Shown here piece after piece: positions 27,081 to 41,500 of a DNA stretch of 64,000 nt (positions within the stretch are counted from its first letter, which is position 1; each line of letters opens with the position of its first letter). The DNA lies in contig CDLV01000019.1 in NCBI GenBank assembly GCA_001244265.2, positions 558,001-622,000 on the forward strand. The letters run 5' to 3'. The notes beneath the pieces are model-generated. The model saw only the letters and a list, made by a program, of their open reading frames with translations. It searched no databases and was not told where the DNA came from. This DNA is from Microbotryum violaceum. Taxonomy: Eukaryota. Position numbers and translations under genes: made by a program.

Positions 27081-30000
27081 ATGGCTGAACCCCTACCCAT
27101 CAAGCCCTCCAAATCGACGACGAAGAGACCGGTCCCCTCGCGTACGCAGTCCAAGAAAGGTCCCACGACCAACGGAGGCAGTGGTGGCACGCCGGGTGGT
27201 CCTCGTTCGGATAGGGCGAGAAAGAAGAAGTGGGATTTGCATGCCGGTGATTTGGAGTGGGATTGGGTCGATGAGTCTTTTGAGCAGGATATGGAGGTGT
27301 TTGGAAAGGTGAGTTGTCGGTGTAGGTTGGATTGTGGTGGGTGGGTGGGTGGATTGTGTGGATGTGTGGGTGGCTTGTGAGCATTGAGGTGGGGTGCACG
27401 CCTCTTCGGGCAAGTCGGTACGGAAATGTGCACCAGGGCGGGGAGGGAGGGTGCACCCGGAGCGGATGCTTGTACCACACCCACGTGGTTTACGAGTACA
27501 CCATCCGTCGATGTGCAGCTAGCTACACATGTCCATCCTCTGCGTGACGCAGACCCAGATCGCCGCGGCGTGCTCGCTTGCCCGCCGGTCGGGTTAACGC
27601 CGATCATGACGTCGTCGTCCGCCAACCTGTTTCGAGCGCGCAGCCAGGTCCCGGGTTCGACCCGAGGGCACATACACTGCACTCGGAGGCCTCAAAGATA
27701 CACTCGGGAGCAGCGTGGTTCGTTCGACACTGACATACTATATGCGTGTGCTCCTCTTTCTTCCCAGGCCTGTAACGAAGATACCCCATCCGACGGCACA
27801 GACACACCCCTGGAAAAGATACGCGCCGTCTCGGACTTTGCGCCCATTCGGGAAAAAGTTCGCAGGTGAGTCGAGCGACGAGGCAAGGAAGGGGTTAGTA
27901 TGGTCGCTCAGCCGAGTGGAATCCCTTTTAATCACAGGGGCCCCAGGAGAAGAAGGGATATCGTTCGCGAAGGATGGGCATATCACGTCTCACGGTGGCC
28001 GCTCTTGGTGAGCTTTCTCACGTCGGCATCAAGGCGGTTCCGTGTTCGACAAGAGCTTACTCTTTCCTGAGGGGCATAGTTCATCATCTTCACCGTCATC
28101 TCCATCGAATTCCTCGCGTACGTCATCGTGCGACAGATCGTCAACCTGATAGAGTACTTTGGCTCGTGTAAGTTTCGTGGCCCTGGCATCGGCGGTTGCT
28201 GTCGAACTGACGCTGCTGGTGAACGCTCGAATCTTGCAGGGCGTGGTCAGCGAGGCAAGTTACGCCAAGCCTTGCGACGCTCTCGCAATTTTGAAGAGGT
28301 ACATTCTACTTGCAAAATTCACCCTCGATCACCGAATACTAACACTATATCTCACCCGTCGACAGTGGAAAGAACGGGCTCTCTTGCTCGACGCCCACCT
28401 CCGCTTCAACGAATGGAAGCGATCCGCCCCCAACGCCTACTACGACTCGCCTCTGATCCGAAGGGTACTAAGGTCGCTGAGGGAACTGAGGGAAAAGGAC
28501 GATGCGGAGGGGGTCATGGCCGTATTGCACGCCGCGTTGAGGAATAATTTTGCCGGGTCCGAGAGTTTTCGGCTTTACAGGTCAGTCGCCGACGCGTTGT
28601 TACAGTTGGCGAACCAGAAGTCTAAAGCCAACGACGTCCGCGGTCTTGATAGCGAAACGTTTTATGGGACGAAAGACCTCGTTCAGGACTACGTCGACGA
28701 AGGTGGGTCCCGGGGCGGACGTACAGTCCCATTCAAGCGCTCGTCCCGCCGCTGACTGTTACGTGTGCCTCGACCCACAGTCGCACGATCGATCGAGTTC
28801 GTGCGCAAAGCCCCACTCGACCAGGTCCCGCTCGAGATCAAACACGAATTTTTCCGCTCGAGCGCCAAAAACCTCGGCGCGACGGCTTTGTGTCTTTCCG
28901 GTGGCGCAGGCTTGGGCTACTACCACTTCGGAGTCGTGCGTGCCTTGCTCGATACGAACACCCTCCCTCGTGTTGTGACGGGGACCTCGGCAGGATCGAT
29001 CGTCGCTGCTTTCTTGTGCACGCGCACGGACGACGAACTGCGCCGCTTGCTCGTCCCTGAACTGGCGGACCGAATTAACGCATGTGAGGAAGGCCTGACA
29101 ACCTGGCTCCCTCGCTTGCTCAAGACGGGCGCTCGGTTCGAAGCGACGCACTGGGCTCGAAAAGCGAGTTTCTTCACGATGGGGAACATGACCTTTCGCG
29201 AAGCGTTCGAAAGGACCGGGCGGATCCTCAACATCTCCGTCATCCCCTACGACACACATTCGCCTACGAAATTGCTCAACTACCTCACCGCACCGGATTG
29301 CGTCATCTATTCCGCCTCGATCGCTTCATCAGCCGTTCCGAGTGTGATGAACCCGGTTGTGTTGTTGCAAAAAGATAAGGACGGGAAGGTCAAGCCTTGG
29401 GAATTTGGGGGCAAGCACAAGGACGGGAGTTTGAGGGTCGATATCCCCTTGCAAGCTCTACATCTCTTGTACAACGTCAACTTTTCTGTGGTTTCCCAGT
29501 GAGTTTGGGGCACATAGAGCTATGTCTTCGGTAAGGTCTTGATCCTTCAAAGACTTAAAACACGCCCGTCACATCCACAGAGTCAACCCCCACATCCACC
29601 TCTTCGCGTTCGCGCCTCGAGGAGCTCCTGGTCGACCGGTCGCTCACCGTCGAGGCAAAGGTTGGAGAGGCGGTTTCCTCCTTTCCGCGGCGGAACAGTT
29701 CCTCAAGATTGAATTGACCAAAAACTTTAGGGTCATAAGGGATTTGGAGTTGATGCCCGAGTTTGGGGGTCAGAATTGGTCCGCTTTGTTCTTGCAGGAT
29801 TTCGAGGGTCAGTATTGGGGTGGGACCAAGTCCCATCCTGAGGGCAAGAGCTCAATACGGGGTTTTGGCTGATGATTTCAGGGTCGTTCGTCTCTATAGG
29901 CACGGTAACGATTTGGCCCCGTTCCCGTTTTTGGGACTGGTTTCAACTCTTATCCGACCCGAATCGAACCGAATTGGCACGCAAGTTGCGCGTAGGTCAA

Positions 30001-30675
30001 ATGGCGACCTTTCCGCGCGTGAAAATGATCGAGAACCGACTCAAGATTGAACGTCAGATCGATCGAGGGAGGGAAGACATGTTGAAGGAGGTTAAGAAGG
30101 GGAAGAGTGGCGCGGGGCAGTTATTGGGCGGTCGGATCGATCATCGAGATAGTTCGGTGGATCGTTGGGACGAGCTTAGTCGGGTTAGGGAGAAGGACGA
30201 CCGGGGCGGAAAGATCAAGGTCCCGGAAGAAGCGGTCGTACTGGACGATGACGACGAGGAGGGAGAGAAAGGTGGGACACACATCGAACCTGGTCCCGCG
30301 GCATCGACGCCAAAGGACGAGCGAAGTCACTCCGTCATTCACAACGCCGAACGGAGGAAAGAGATCCTAGCTCGACTCGGGCTCAAAAATGCTGAAACGA
30401 TGGGGTCGACAAACGCTCGGTCGACAACCGAAGCGGCGGTTTTCGCAGGTGAGGATTCAGAAGGGGAGATCACGAAGGATCATCGAACGTTGAGGAGGAG
30501 GTATTCGATGGGGACGTTGAGGAGGAGTAAGAGGAGTAAGAGTGATGGGAGTCGACGGACGACAATGTTTGGGGACGAGACCTCGTCAGAGGATGAGGAG
30601 GATGATTTCCTGAGTTTGAGACAGGGGTCAGGGGGGAGGGGTGGGGGATGGAGCTCGACGGGTAGTCAGGGGTGA
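27081..30675 (+). CDS. Patatin-like phospholipase / triacylglycerol lipase (Tgl3/4/5-related)
   Basis: LCLSGGAGLGYYHFGV (oxyanion loop), GTSAG (nucleophile), KDGS (catalytic Asp), MTFREAFERTGRILNISV, SQVNPH; multi-exon. Confidence 0.9.
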
Positions 30676-30743
30676 TCTCTGAGGTTGTAACATGTCAATC
30701 AATCCCGCGAGTAACCAAAGTATTCAGTACAACACATCCATTC

Positions 30744-33492
30744 CTATTCATCCTCATCTTTGAAAACCGGCTTCCAAACCTTGACGACCCAATCACCCCC
30801 AGCACTAGCCAACAATCCAAGTCCCTGGTAACTACCCCGGTCCGGCTCCCCATACCTCGGCTGCAACCAATCGACGGCGTAAACACTATCCTTGTGCCCT
30901 TCCAACCTCTGCGCGAGCCTCCCGGACTCCATCGTGGTAGACGTTGTCGTCGATCCAGATTCGTTCGTTGATGATCCAGATGAAGGCACAGGCACAGTCA
31001 GGTCGTAGATCAGGACTACTGGATCGCTGGACCCTACAGCGATCAAAAGCGATTCATCCAATGGTCGCGGTCTCGAATCTTCTTCCTCCGTCTTCTGTCC
31101 CCCTCCCATCCCACCACCCGAAGAACCCTTCTTCCCCTTTTCCCCACTCCCTTCCTCATCCCCTTCCCTTCGTCGTCTGTCCTCTTCCTCCTCTTCGTCT
31201 AGCCCATGGCCATGCCCAAGTCCTCCCATCCTCCCTGCAGAACTACCCGAAAAACTGGCAGCCCTCGACCTTCGACCCGTCGACCCCGCGCCACCCCTCT
31301 TAGATTTTCCTATCGTCGAAACAATATCTGAGTATTCCTTGCCTTGAAAGAAGGATACTTTGATAGGCCAATTACGATTCTTCCCGCGGAGGGTTTGGAT
31401 CAATTTAGGTGGCGTGAGAGCTTGTTTTAATGGGTCGAAATGGGAGGAACGATCATAGATCCTTATAACTGTGGTTGAAGAAAAAGTTTTACAGTTTTGG
31501 GCCTTTTAGTCTCAATTCATAGAAAGAGAGCTGTTTTTTTTTAGCAGCGATGTTGATGCGGTGTAAGGACGTACAATTATCGAAACCCACTGAAGCCATC
31601 CACCTTGGTTCCCTACCCTTTCCACCATGTCCTCGCCCACCATACCAATCCGGCGCCAAGGCCAAACACGAGATTGAACTAGTTCCCTTTTTGCCACTAC
31701 TCACCTTGGACCCAGTCGAGTTTGCCGAGGGTGAGGTCGAGTTGGTTTCGGGGAAGGGGAGGAAGGTCGAGGCGCGGAGGGAGAAGTGGCGAATGGAGCC
31801 GAAGGAGTCGCCGATGAGGAGGTTGGGAGATCGGCGGAAGGATTGGCTGTGGAAGAAGCAATCAAACCCTTAGATTAACATGCGGTCGTTTGCCCCCAGA
31901 CCGTAGACCGTAGACCGTGAACCCGTAGACCGTGAACCCGTAGACCTACACCGAATTGATCATCGCGTCACACATCACCACCATCGCCGGTTTATCCATC
32001 CTCAAATCGCCCACACCTAAAACTTTGCCCGATGTACCCCATACGAAGACCTGTTCGCTCTCACTTCCCTGTGCAGCATGGGGATGCAACCAATCGACGG
32101 ATTGGACCAGACCTTCTGTCGTTAAGGACCAGATGGGAGCGAAGGAGGAGGACCGGTGAAGGGGTAAAGGGGATGTGGGTGTTTGGAGTGAAGAATCAGG
32201 GGTAGAGGGGGAAGGCGAGCCGCCGAGGGGGTGTACGAATAAACGCGAGTCGTAGCCTCCCGACAAGACGTGTTGCATCGAAGGTTGGAACGCAATGTCC
32301 GATACAGGGGCGGTGTGTGAAGAAAGGTGGGTGATCTAAGGTGTGAAGGACGGAAGTCAGCGGGACGCGTATGCCAGAACTTGTCCGCTCAAACTCTCAC
32401 CTCTTGTACATCTCCATCGTCCCAACCATTACCCTGCTCTCCATCACCGTCGGGATCGGCGTCCCCATCGTGCTCTGCGTCGGAAGCTTCCCCACTGCGA
32501 GTGCCCGCAGCCCCTATCTCATCCTTGGACCCCCAAAGTCTGACGCCATCGAACGCCGCACTCGCCAATACCCTGCCTCTGTTTCCCCAATCGCCGTCTG
32601 AGAATTTGAGTGCATAGACCGCGCCTCGATGAGCTTTCAAGTCGTACGCTCTGCCCCATTTCCAGCTTTGCCTCGTGCGACGGGAGGAATGGGACGAGTA
32701 GGAGCGCGAGTGGGGGAGGGAAATGTCGAGGTCACGCTTGAGCGAGGCGTCGCGCATCGCTGGGGACGTGGTAGGGGGAGCATGGGCCGCGATGGCGATC
32801 GTTACTGCTGCGGCGGTGGTGGTGGTAGTCGTGGTCTTGGAAGACACAGAGGAGGAACCACCACCCGACCCTAGACCGATCTCGGTCGGTGGCTTTGAAG
32901 AGGCCGAGGTCGAGGGCGGGGTCGGGAACAATGAAGCGGCAAGTGAAGAAGGTGTACTTGGCAAGGGAGGTCGACTCGGAGATCTCCACGTCAAAGTGGA
33001 TGTACTGGGTGTCGGGGATTGATGCACGGGTTCCTTGAGGCGCATGAACGATCCTTCGCTCGTCGTCGGTGGAATCGAGGCCGGTCCTTCCTCCGGTGTT
33101 GAGGATGGCCCTACAGCCGCCATGGATGGCTTGGGCGTCATATCCCTCGACCTGGACTCATTCACCGTTTCTTGCTGTTGCTGCTGGTGCTGTTGCTGCT
33201 GCTGTTGTTGCTGCTGCTTGGCTTTGTGATTGGACTCCCTCTTGCCCCACCTCCAACTCAACTCCCACAGACTGGCCCTCAACCCCTCGTTCTCCTTTTC
33301 CAACACATCGACGCGCACTTTGAGTCGCTTGTAATCCCTCAACAGACGTTCGTGGATCGCGGCGTCGATCTGGGTGGGGTGCGGAGCCAACGGAGCGGAG
33401 GGGAGGATCGGAGCAGAGGGCGTCGAGACAGAGACGGAAGCACCGCCGGCTAAGGAAACTGAGGGGAGCGTAGAATCCTGCGTAGAGTCCAT
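30744..33492 (-). CDS. WD40-repeat protein with an N-terminal coiled coil and polyQ
   Basis: LKAHRGAVYALKFS...LASAAFDGVRLW, VLSGGYDSRL, LEGHKDSVYAVDW...LASAGGDWVVKVW; multi-exon. Confidence 0.85.
31898..31946. repeat. Short tandem repeat (CCGTAGA / CCGTGAAC units) in a WD40-gene intron
   Basis: agaccgtagaccgtagaccgtgaacccgtagaccgtgaacccgtagacc visible. Confidence 0.8.
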
Positions 33493-33987
33493 CCCTGGCA
33501 GGAGTGCTACACCCTACTGGGCAGCCGAGTAAAAGGGTTGTGGACTCAGTCAGTCGGACGCGGCGAGAGAGAGGGAGAGAGAGAGAGAAGAGGGGAAAAG
33601 GGGCGCGAGATCTCAGCCAGCTGCAATTTGGATTAGCAAAGATCCACTAGCGACTGCGTTTCAAAACATTTAAAATCGCAAGCTCGCATTCCGGAACCGC
33701 TTAGCTAGCCGTCCGTTAATAGCTGCCCCACCAGCGCGGCCCTCCGCTATTAATCGACCCCCACCTTCACGGCCGCGCTCACTTCGCACGGACCGCCAAA
33801 AGTGGCTGCTAGGGCGCATCATCTCCTTATTACTACAGTCACGGCGTATCTTAGCCACACCGAATAACGAGGTGCGTCATCTCTCCAGCTGCGATATGAT
33901 GTACACGCCCCGGGAAACAGCCACAACTACCGGCGGAATCGACCTTGGCCTCCCCTTGCTAATCCCTACCGCACCTTCCCCCACAGA

Positions 33988-35490
33988 ATGCTGCCCCGAC
34001 CTTTGGTTGGTCTCGGTCCATCGATACGATCGAATGTACGACCCATTCTCCCGATCAAGAAACGCGCATTCCCCATGCTCCTTCCCGGCCCATCGCTCGT
34101 CGCCTCGAGAGCCTTCTCATTATGGCCTTCCCAAAGCAATGCAACACCATCCCCACTCCCTATCGAGACATTACCCTCCCCACCACCACCACCACCGCGG
34201 CCCCCTACCATGTCCGAGCTCTCGATGCCGACCTCGCTCCCCGACCCAACCCTATGGGAACCCCTATCCACCCTCCTCGTCTCCCTCCCCGCGACACTCC
34301 ACCTCACCTGGCCACTCTTCCTCCCACTCCTCACCCTCCTCATCCGTTCCTCCTCCATGATCCCTCTTCAACTCTGGCAACGGAGGCAAATGCGACGGTT
34401 TGCGACGGTCATAAGGCCGAGGTTGAAGGGCGTGCATGAGAGCTTGGCATTGAACTTGCGAGATAGCTCCAGGAGGAAGGGACTGAGTTATGAACAGTAT
34501 GAACAGGAGTATAAGAAAGCGGTGAGTCGATTGAGCACATGTAAAAGCAATTCTCCAAGCTGATGCCAAGGGATTTTTCTTTTTCTTCGTGCCCCAGTCC
34601 AAGGAAGCGACCCGTCAAATGTACCGCTCCTATGGCTTCCACCCTCGACTAACGATGTACATCGGACCCCTCATCAACATACCTTTATTCATCTTCATAT
34701 CCCTCATCCTCCGGGACGCATGCCAACGCGCTCTCCTCGTACTTCCCCTTTCCCCTGCCCATCTCCCACTTCCCTCCTCCGCAACCCTCACCCCAGAAAT
34801 TTTGTCAAACCTCCAAGACTTAGCCACTAGTTCGTTCCTCTGGTGCCCTAGTCTCTGTCTTCCCGATTCAACCATGTTCGTACCCCTCATGGTCGGATTA
34901 GCGACCTTGGTCAATACGGAAGTGTCGGCCAAGCTGAGGAGAGCGGTGATGAGGGCTGGGAAAGAGGTGGACAGGATTGAGGGCAGGATCGCGGGAAATG
35001 CGGTCGTGGGGTTGAGGATGGGTCAAGTCGGCGCGTTGGGTACGAGCGGTTTGACCGCGGCTGAGAAGAGACGCATCACGGTGATTAATTCGAGGAGGGA
35101 AGGGAATGATGGAACGAGGGGGTTGACGACTCAGACTCGAACAACGAATGGGCCGAAGGAACAGGTGCAAGAGGTGGTGGAAGCAGAGGATGAGGAAGAA
35201 CCGAGAAGTTCGAGGATCATTACCAATGCGATGAGGTGTGCTTCGGTCGCTTTCATCCCTATCGCCGCGATGGCACCTGTGGTACGTAGCTCCCAAGCTT
35301 ACTCGCTTGCCAGGAGGGAGGAATTCGCGAAAGCTGACTCTCTCTTTTGCGATGGTATGGACGCACCCAGGCTGTCTGCCTCTACTGGCTCACATCGAAT
35401 TGTCTGACCCTGTTGACGAATCTCACGTTTGCTTACTACGATCGAACAAGGGAAAGGAAGGAGAGGCTCGACAAGATTCTGAGGAGGTGA
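33988..35490 (+). CDS. COX18: Oxa1/YidC-family mitochondrial inner-membrane insertase, Cox18-like
   Basis: Arg/Ser-rich targeting peptide; TWPLFLPLLTLLIRS; PLINIPLFIFIS; FLWCPSLCLPD; last exon AVCLYWLTSN; stop TGA 35488-35490; no long Oxa1-type C-terminal tail. Confidence 0.75.
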
Positions 35491-36111
35491 ATCATCGTTC
35501 TAGAAGGAGGAGAAGTTTGCTATGTGATGCAATACAAGATGTGCGACAATAACTTCTTGCAAGGAATACGAGACTGAGCTCAGAAGACTGTGTTCACAGG
35601 ATTGTCATCCGGTTGAGCGGGCACCGTGTGGGCCGTTGGAAAAATGCCTTCTAAGCATAAGCAACGAAAAGTGCTCCTGACGCAAAGTATTTTTAGAAGA
35701 CTCACCAAGCATTTGCCGAGCTTTTGATTCGTAAGGGCAGAATCCAGTTTGGAACACAGCAGTAGCCCGGTGCACGGCCGTCAGAACAGTGAGCGGCGTC
35801 AATTTAAGCGGAAGGCCATCTGTCCATCGACCCCTTGGATTGGTCATCTCAGGGAAAAGGTGGGGCACCGAACGGCGGCTGGCGGCGGCGACCGGCATCG
35901 ACGGCCGAGGTGCCTGTCACTGAGTCGCCCCGGCATATTTCGTTCTCAACCCATTGACCACCTACCCGCCACTTGACCTTTTGCAACGTGCAATCTGTGC
36001 GAGTCGAACGTCGGTCATTTTCTACGGACCTACGTTCTCGTGCCCTGACAACGCCTCCGTAGCTGACCAGGCGCTGACAACTCCAACGACAACGTTAACG
36101 GGGTCTTGGAC

Positions 36112-38206
36112 ATGAAGCGGCCGGCCTCTTCGCAAGTGGCGCCTGCTGAACAATCACGCTCCGCGCCCACGGGCACGCACACACCTCAAGTCTGTATATG
36201 CGGTCCATCAAGTGACGTAGCAACAAATGAACGGCCACGGAATGATCTGGAGCCACCACCGCAAGTGGAGCAGCAGCAGCACCAGGAGCTACGACGCACA
36301 GAATCCAATGCCGACCGCGTGCCGGCGGCGCCAATGCCATGCCGACATTGCGGCGGCGCAAATCGAGCCGCGGCCCAACTCAAACCTTCCCCTGCTGCTG
36401 CTGCCGCCGCCCAGAGCCGAGGCACCGACTCGGAGACATCTGCTCTCGAACGTACCACCTCCTCGACGAGCGACGTAGAGAAAGGTCGTGAATCTTCCTC
36501 GGTAGATACACCACCAGGACCACAGGCAATCATCTTCCCCGATGGAGGATGGAGAGCATGGCTGTGAGTTGTGACTGGCCGAATGAAAGGGAGGAAACTA
36601 GCTCCAAATTTTAGCGTGCCTGTGCCGGTTTTTTTTGCCGTGTCGGCACCGAGATCGAAAGCTTGCTTCTCTCCGCTCATCTGATTTGGACACGTCTAGC
36701 TGATGTTGACGACCATGCGTACCGTTGGAACAGTGTCGTCGCTGGGGCTTGGTGTGTGAGCTGTGAGTAGAGCCAATTCCGTCCTCGGAAAGGGCTCGAC
36801 CCAGAGAGCTGACTTGCTCGACTTTATTTCCCGGGGAAACTAGTCACCACCTGGGGCTACACGAACGCGTTCGGCGTGAGTGTCAGTTGGTACGAGAAGC
36901 ATCAATTGGAGGGGAGGCCACCAAGTGATATCGCCTGGGTGAGTTCAATCGTACCACTTTCAAGACGACTGCGGTAGGTCTGACGATCTCGAGCTGTGTC
37001 GTTCCGCAGATCGGTTCGACGCAACTCGCCTTGGTGCTCGCATGCGCCGTCATCTCGGGCAAGGCTTTCGATGCCGGCTACATCAAGTATCTGCTCGTGC
37101 TCGGGACCTGCATCTACACTGTCGGTCTGTTTGGCCTGTCTTACGCGACGACCTACGTCCAAATTTTCCTCGCCCAGGGGATCGCGTGCGGGATGGCCGC
37201 CGGGATTCTGTTCCTCCCTGCTGTTTCGGCCGTATCGCATTTCTTCCGCGTGCGACGAGCAACAGCGTTGGGTGTCCTCGCCACTGGCTCATCGGTCGGT
37301 GGTGTGGTATACCCTCTGCTGCTCAACCACGTCTTTCCCACAATCGGGTTTGGCCCTGCGATTCGCGCAGCGGGGTACCTCACCGTCGGTCTCCTCGTCT
37401 TCGCCTGCCTGACCATCAACTCCCGCCTCCCACCTCGCAAAACGGGGCCCATCATCGACTTTAGCCACTTCCGCGACCCCGCTTACTCAGCTTTCGTCGT
37501 GGGCGAGTGCTTGATCATGTGGGGTTTGTACATCCCTTATTTCTACATCCAGTCGTATTCGTCGGCCCACGGCGTGCATCCGCAAATTTCGCTCTACTCG
37601 TTGTCGTTCCTCAACGCCGCTTCTTTGTTTGGTCGCATCATTCCCAATTGGCTTGCGGACACTTACGGGCCGTTCACAATCCTGATCGTAAGTCCCCTCA
37701 GGCCTCCACCCGCTACTGGACGCTCACCACGAATCCTCTCGATCCCTCGGCAGCCGAACTGTCTACTTTCGGGCATCTTTTGCTTCGCCTGGCTCGCTTT
37801 GGCCAAGACGAACGCCGGGACCGTAGTGTTCTGCCTGGCCTATGGCTTCAGTAGCGGTGCTTACGTTTCAATGATGCCTGCGTGAGTATCCTCTTCTCCT
37901 ATCCGGATAAGCGTAATGCACTCGATGGCTGATGTTTCCTCACCCTATTATATCGAACATCTCAGTTGCGTCGCGTCGATGACGACCGACATGTCAACGA
38001 TCGGAATCCGCATCGCCATGGCGTTCTTGGCCGTCTCACTTTTCGCCTTGACGGGTACACCGATCGCGGGCGCCATGGTCGCTAGAGAGAACGGGAGTTA
38101 TGTAGGCGCGACCATCTTCTCCGGCGTTATGATCATCGCGGGAACTTGCGTGAATGGCGTGACGTGGTCGCTCATGTCTAAACGTAAGGGGACGAGGAGG
38201 GTTTGA
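36112..38206 (+). CDS. MFS transporter, monocarboxylate porter (MCT/Mch) family
   Basis: FPDGGWRAW, TWGYTNAFGV, IAWIGS, LAQGIACG, FFRVRRATALG..TGSSVGG, LNAASLFGRIIP, GTPIAG; includes a micro-exon near 36734-36762. Confidence 0.92.
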
Positions 38207-38544
38207 AAGGACATTATATTGTACAAAGTGGATACGGTATAATTTAGTTTAATAGTGCGGTAGGTTGGACATAAGTGCAATACAACCGCTCCACATATGT
38301 AGGAAGAAGTCCAAATTCAACATTCAAAGCGAAAAAAAATATAAAAAATGGGAAGAAGACGACGACGACGAAAGCCGCCGCACCCGCGTCCGGCACGTGC
38401 ATGAAAATGAACGAGGAAGCAAAGTCTACATTAGATCCAGGCGAACAGAAGGAAACAAAGGGGGAGACTAATTACAATCTCTGACCTTCACAAAGAAAGT
38501 AAAGGACAACCGAAATACGAAAAGGGAGAGGAGCACCGCATTCT

Positions 38545-41500
38545 CTATGCAGTCGCAAGATCATACACCGTTTCGGGCGTCACGCCTTTCCCGAGACCCA
38601 TCTCCATCCCGACTTCGGGACCCCAGATCTCGGCCCAGATACCTTCCCCTTCGACGTGGAGCGGCTCTTCAGGTGCGTTACCAAGGGCCCGTTCTTGGTT
38701 CCAGATCATCGTTAATGACGAGGCGAGACTTTTGAGCCCGAGGAGGAAACCGAGGTCGGCTTGGTTCGGATGCGTCGGTGGGAAGCTCGCGACGACCCGA
38801 CCGTCGGGAAGAATCGTTCCCGGAGCCGGTACCGAGGGTGACGAACCATCGCCCTCGTCGGAGCTCTTTGACATCGACGCGGCGAGTTCGTCAACGGTGA
38901 TAAAATCGTCGCCGGTCGTGCAGTGGGCAAAGTCGATGAGCCGGATCGTCACCCCTCCGGGGGGCACGCGATGCTTCTTGCCATGGTGACGGTGGGCGTG
39001 CGACGAGGCCGAGGCGTGATGATGTCGGTCCAAAACGGGGCCCGAGGGGGAATCGGAGAGGCCCGTCGACGTCGTCGTCATCGTCGTCGTCGTCGTGACG
39101 CAACTCGATTCGCCCGTCGACGACAGCTGCCCCCCCGAGAACATCTGCGCTTTCAGATTTGCTTGTACCTCGGCGTCGCCGTCGTAGATGAAGAGCAGAC
39201 TGGCGGCGTAGAAGCGGTAACGGTTCAACCCCTTGAGGATCGACGCGAGGCGGTACAGTTGTCGGAGGATGATGGGGATCTGGTACGCGAGCACCTCGAC
39301 GCCGTTCGAGAGAAAGTGGGCCAGGACGGAGGGGAATTCCTGCGTTGTGACGTTACGGCCAAAGTACTTGTCCTGGAAGACGTAGCGGCCCTCGGCTGAC
39401 TTGAAAACCTGCCAGTGAAAGGGTACGAATGTTACGGCGCATCAGAGACCTTGCGGTCACCAAAGCACCACCAGCACCGGCGAGGTCACTCACCTGCATC
39501 CCGCAAATACGCACGCCGAGGTCGTGGCTTGTCGTTTTGGAGCATTTCTTAGTCTGACTCGCCTTCTTGGCCGGGGTCGCGGCGATGCCGTATTGGCGCG
39601 TCCCCATTTTGAGGTCGAGCACGCACGGCGACTTGAGCGAGCCTGTCAGGTCCTCCATCAGGATGAATTGCTCCTGGCGCAAAGGTGCCGTCGGTGTTTC
39701 GGTTGACTGCGGCGGCGGTATAGAAGGCTCAACGACAGCCGGAATCGAGAACGAGGGAGGAAGCGAACCGATTGTGGGCTCGGATGGTGGGTTCTTTGCA
39801 ACGACGGGGTTGGCCTGGTGCTTCAAGGGGTGGTCGCTCGCCGGCAATGGAGCAGTTTCGTCGACGGGGCAAAGGGAAGAAGTCGTCGCAGGGAGCAAGG
39901 GGGACGAAGCGGCGTTCGACGTGGTCCCTCCAGGCTCGCTGACGTCGTCCATGGCGAAGATGCCCTCCTGCGAGCCGACACTGCAGCCTCGTTCGCGCTG
40001 CAAGCCGCCGGCACCGAACGAAAGGTGCCGCGAGCGGCTCTGCCGCTCTTCGACGACACCATTCTCGACGCTCGATTGTCGCGTGCAAAGCAGGGCGCCC
40101 GTCGACTGCGTCTCGCGCAGCTCGGGCCGTTCGGGTCGCTGCAGCGAGGCGGCACGCGCACTGACAGGGGTCACTTTGCCACCGGTGCCGAGGTTCGACG
40201 CGCTGTTGGTCCCCGACAGGCCGTGCCGCTTGCCTTCCTTCCACTCACGACGTCCTTCGCGCAGCTTGGGCGAGCTAAAGACCTCGCGCAGGACCTGTTC
40301 GCATAAGCGTGTGTTGACCGTCGTCGAGCCCGTGCCTGACGTGTGGCGCCCGACGCGGGAGACGGCCGACGAAGCCGAGCCCAAGACGGCGCCCGACGAC
40401 AATGACCGGCTCGGGGAGAGGCGCCGAGCGAGCGATCTCCGCAGCGCCGTATCGTCGGCGACGGGCGATTGCCCGAGGCGCTGGTGCTGCCGTTGCGCGA
40501 GTGCCGACTCGACATAGTTCGTGTCGACGGGCGTTGAATGCGGCGTCGGTGGCGTCGCACTCAACAGGGGGAACGATGGAACCGCGGACAACGACGAGAG
40601 CGGCGTGTCTTCGCCAACGCTGCCGCTGATGGAAAAGGACGAAGGAGCAAAATCAGGGCTCGAGAGCAAATTCGACCCACCCCCGCCGGCGCCGGTGGTC
40701 GTCGTCGTGCCCGTGCTCGCGTCCCCGCCCAGGAGCTCGGGATCGGTGTTGTTGCCGGATTTGCGTCGCGCGTTGCGGTGCATGCGGCCACTCCGACGCA
40801 GGCCTTTGGTAACGTCCCAGACGAGCGTGTTGGGTATGATGTGGCGGTTGCGTTCGAGGACGACTTCGGGCACCTCTTCCATCGCCGCCTCATTCGCCCC
40901 GAGTCCACCTCCGCCTCCTTCTCCTTCCTCAGCGCTGCGCATCGTCGCCGCGCTCTTTTCCCGAAATATGCGTCGTTCGGGCACTTGAGGTGTCGAGGCT
41001 CGGGCCCGCGACGACTCGCGCGAGCTCAGAGCCGGTCTCCGATACGTGACATTCAGGACTCCGAGATATTGCGGGACGAAGGCGAGCAGCTTGGGGCAGG
41101 AGCGCTCGACGGCTTCGTAAAACTCGTTCTCTCGCGACGCCAGCGGCTGCAAAGGGACAGAGGGATTCATCCTGGTTAGCTCATGCCAAATGCGTAACGT
41201 TATCAGATGTCCCGAGACCGTACCTTGCAGATCGCCTTTTTGGAAAAGCGGAAGATGTGGTTGTGGCCTCCGACCTGGTGATCGTAAGGTTCGAGCGGAA
41301 CCGTCGCGGCGATTGTACCGTCCCTGTCCAGCAACCTCGAGCCCCACTCGTCGCCGGCGGCAGCACGGCGCATCTCGACCGTCCCACCGCCGTTCCGCGC
41401 GATCTTGTCCTTGAGCGGACCGACGTCGAGCTCAAACTCTTCGTCCTGCGATTCGAGCGTGTGGCCGCGGGTCAGGGGCGCTCCTTCTTCTTCGAGGTTG

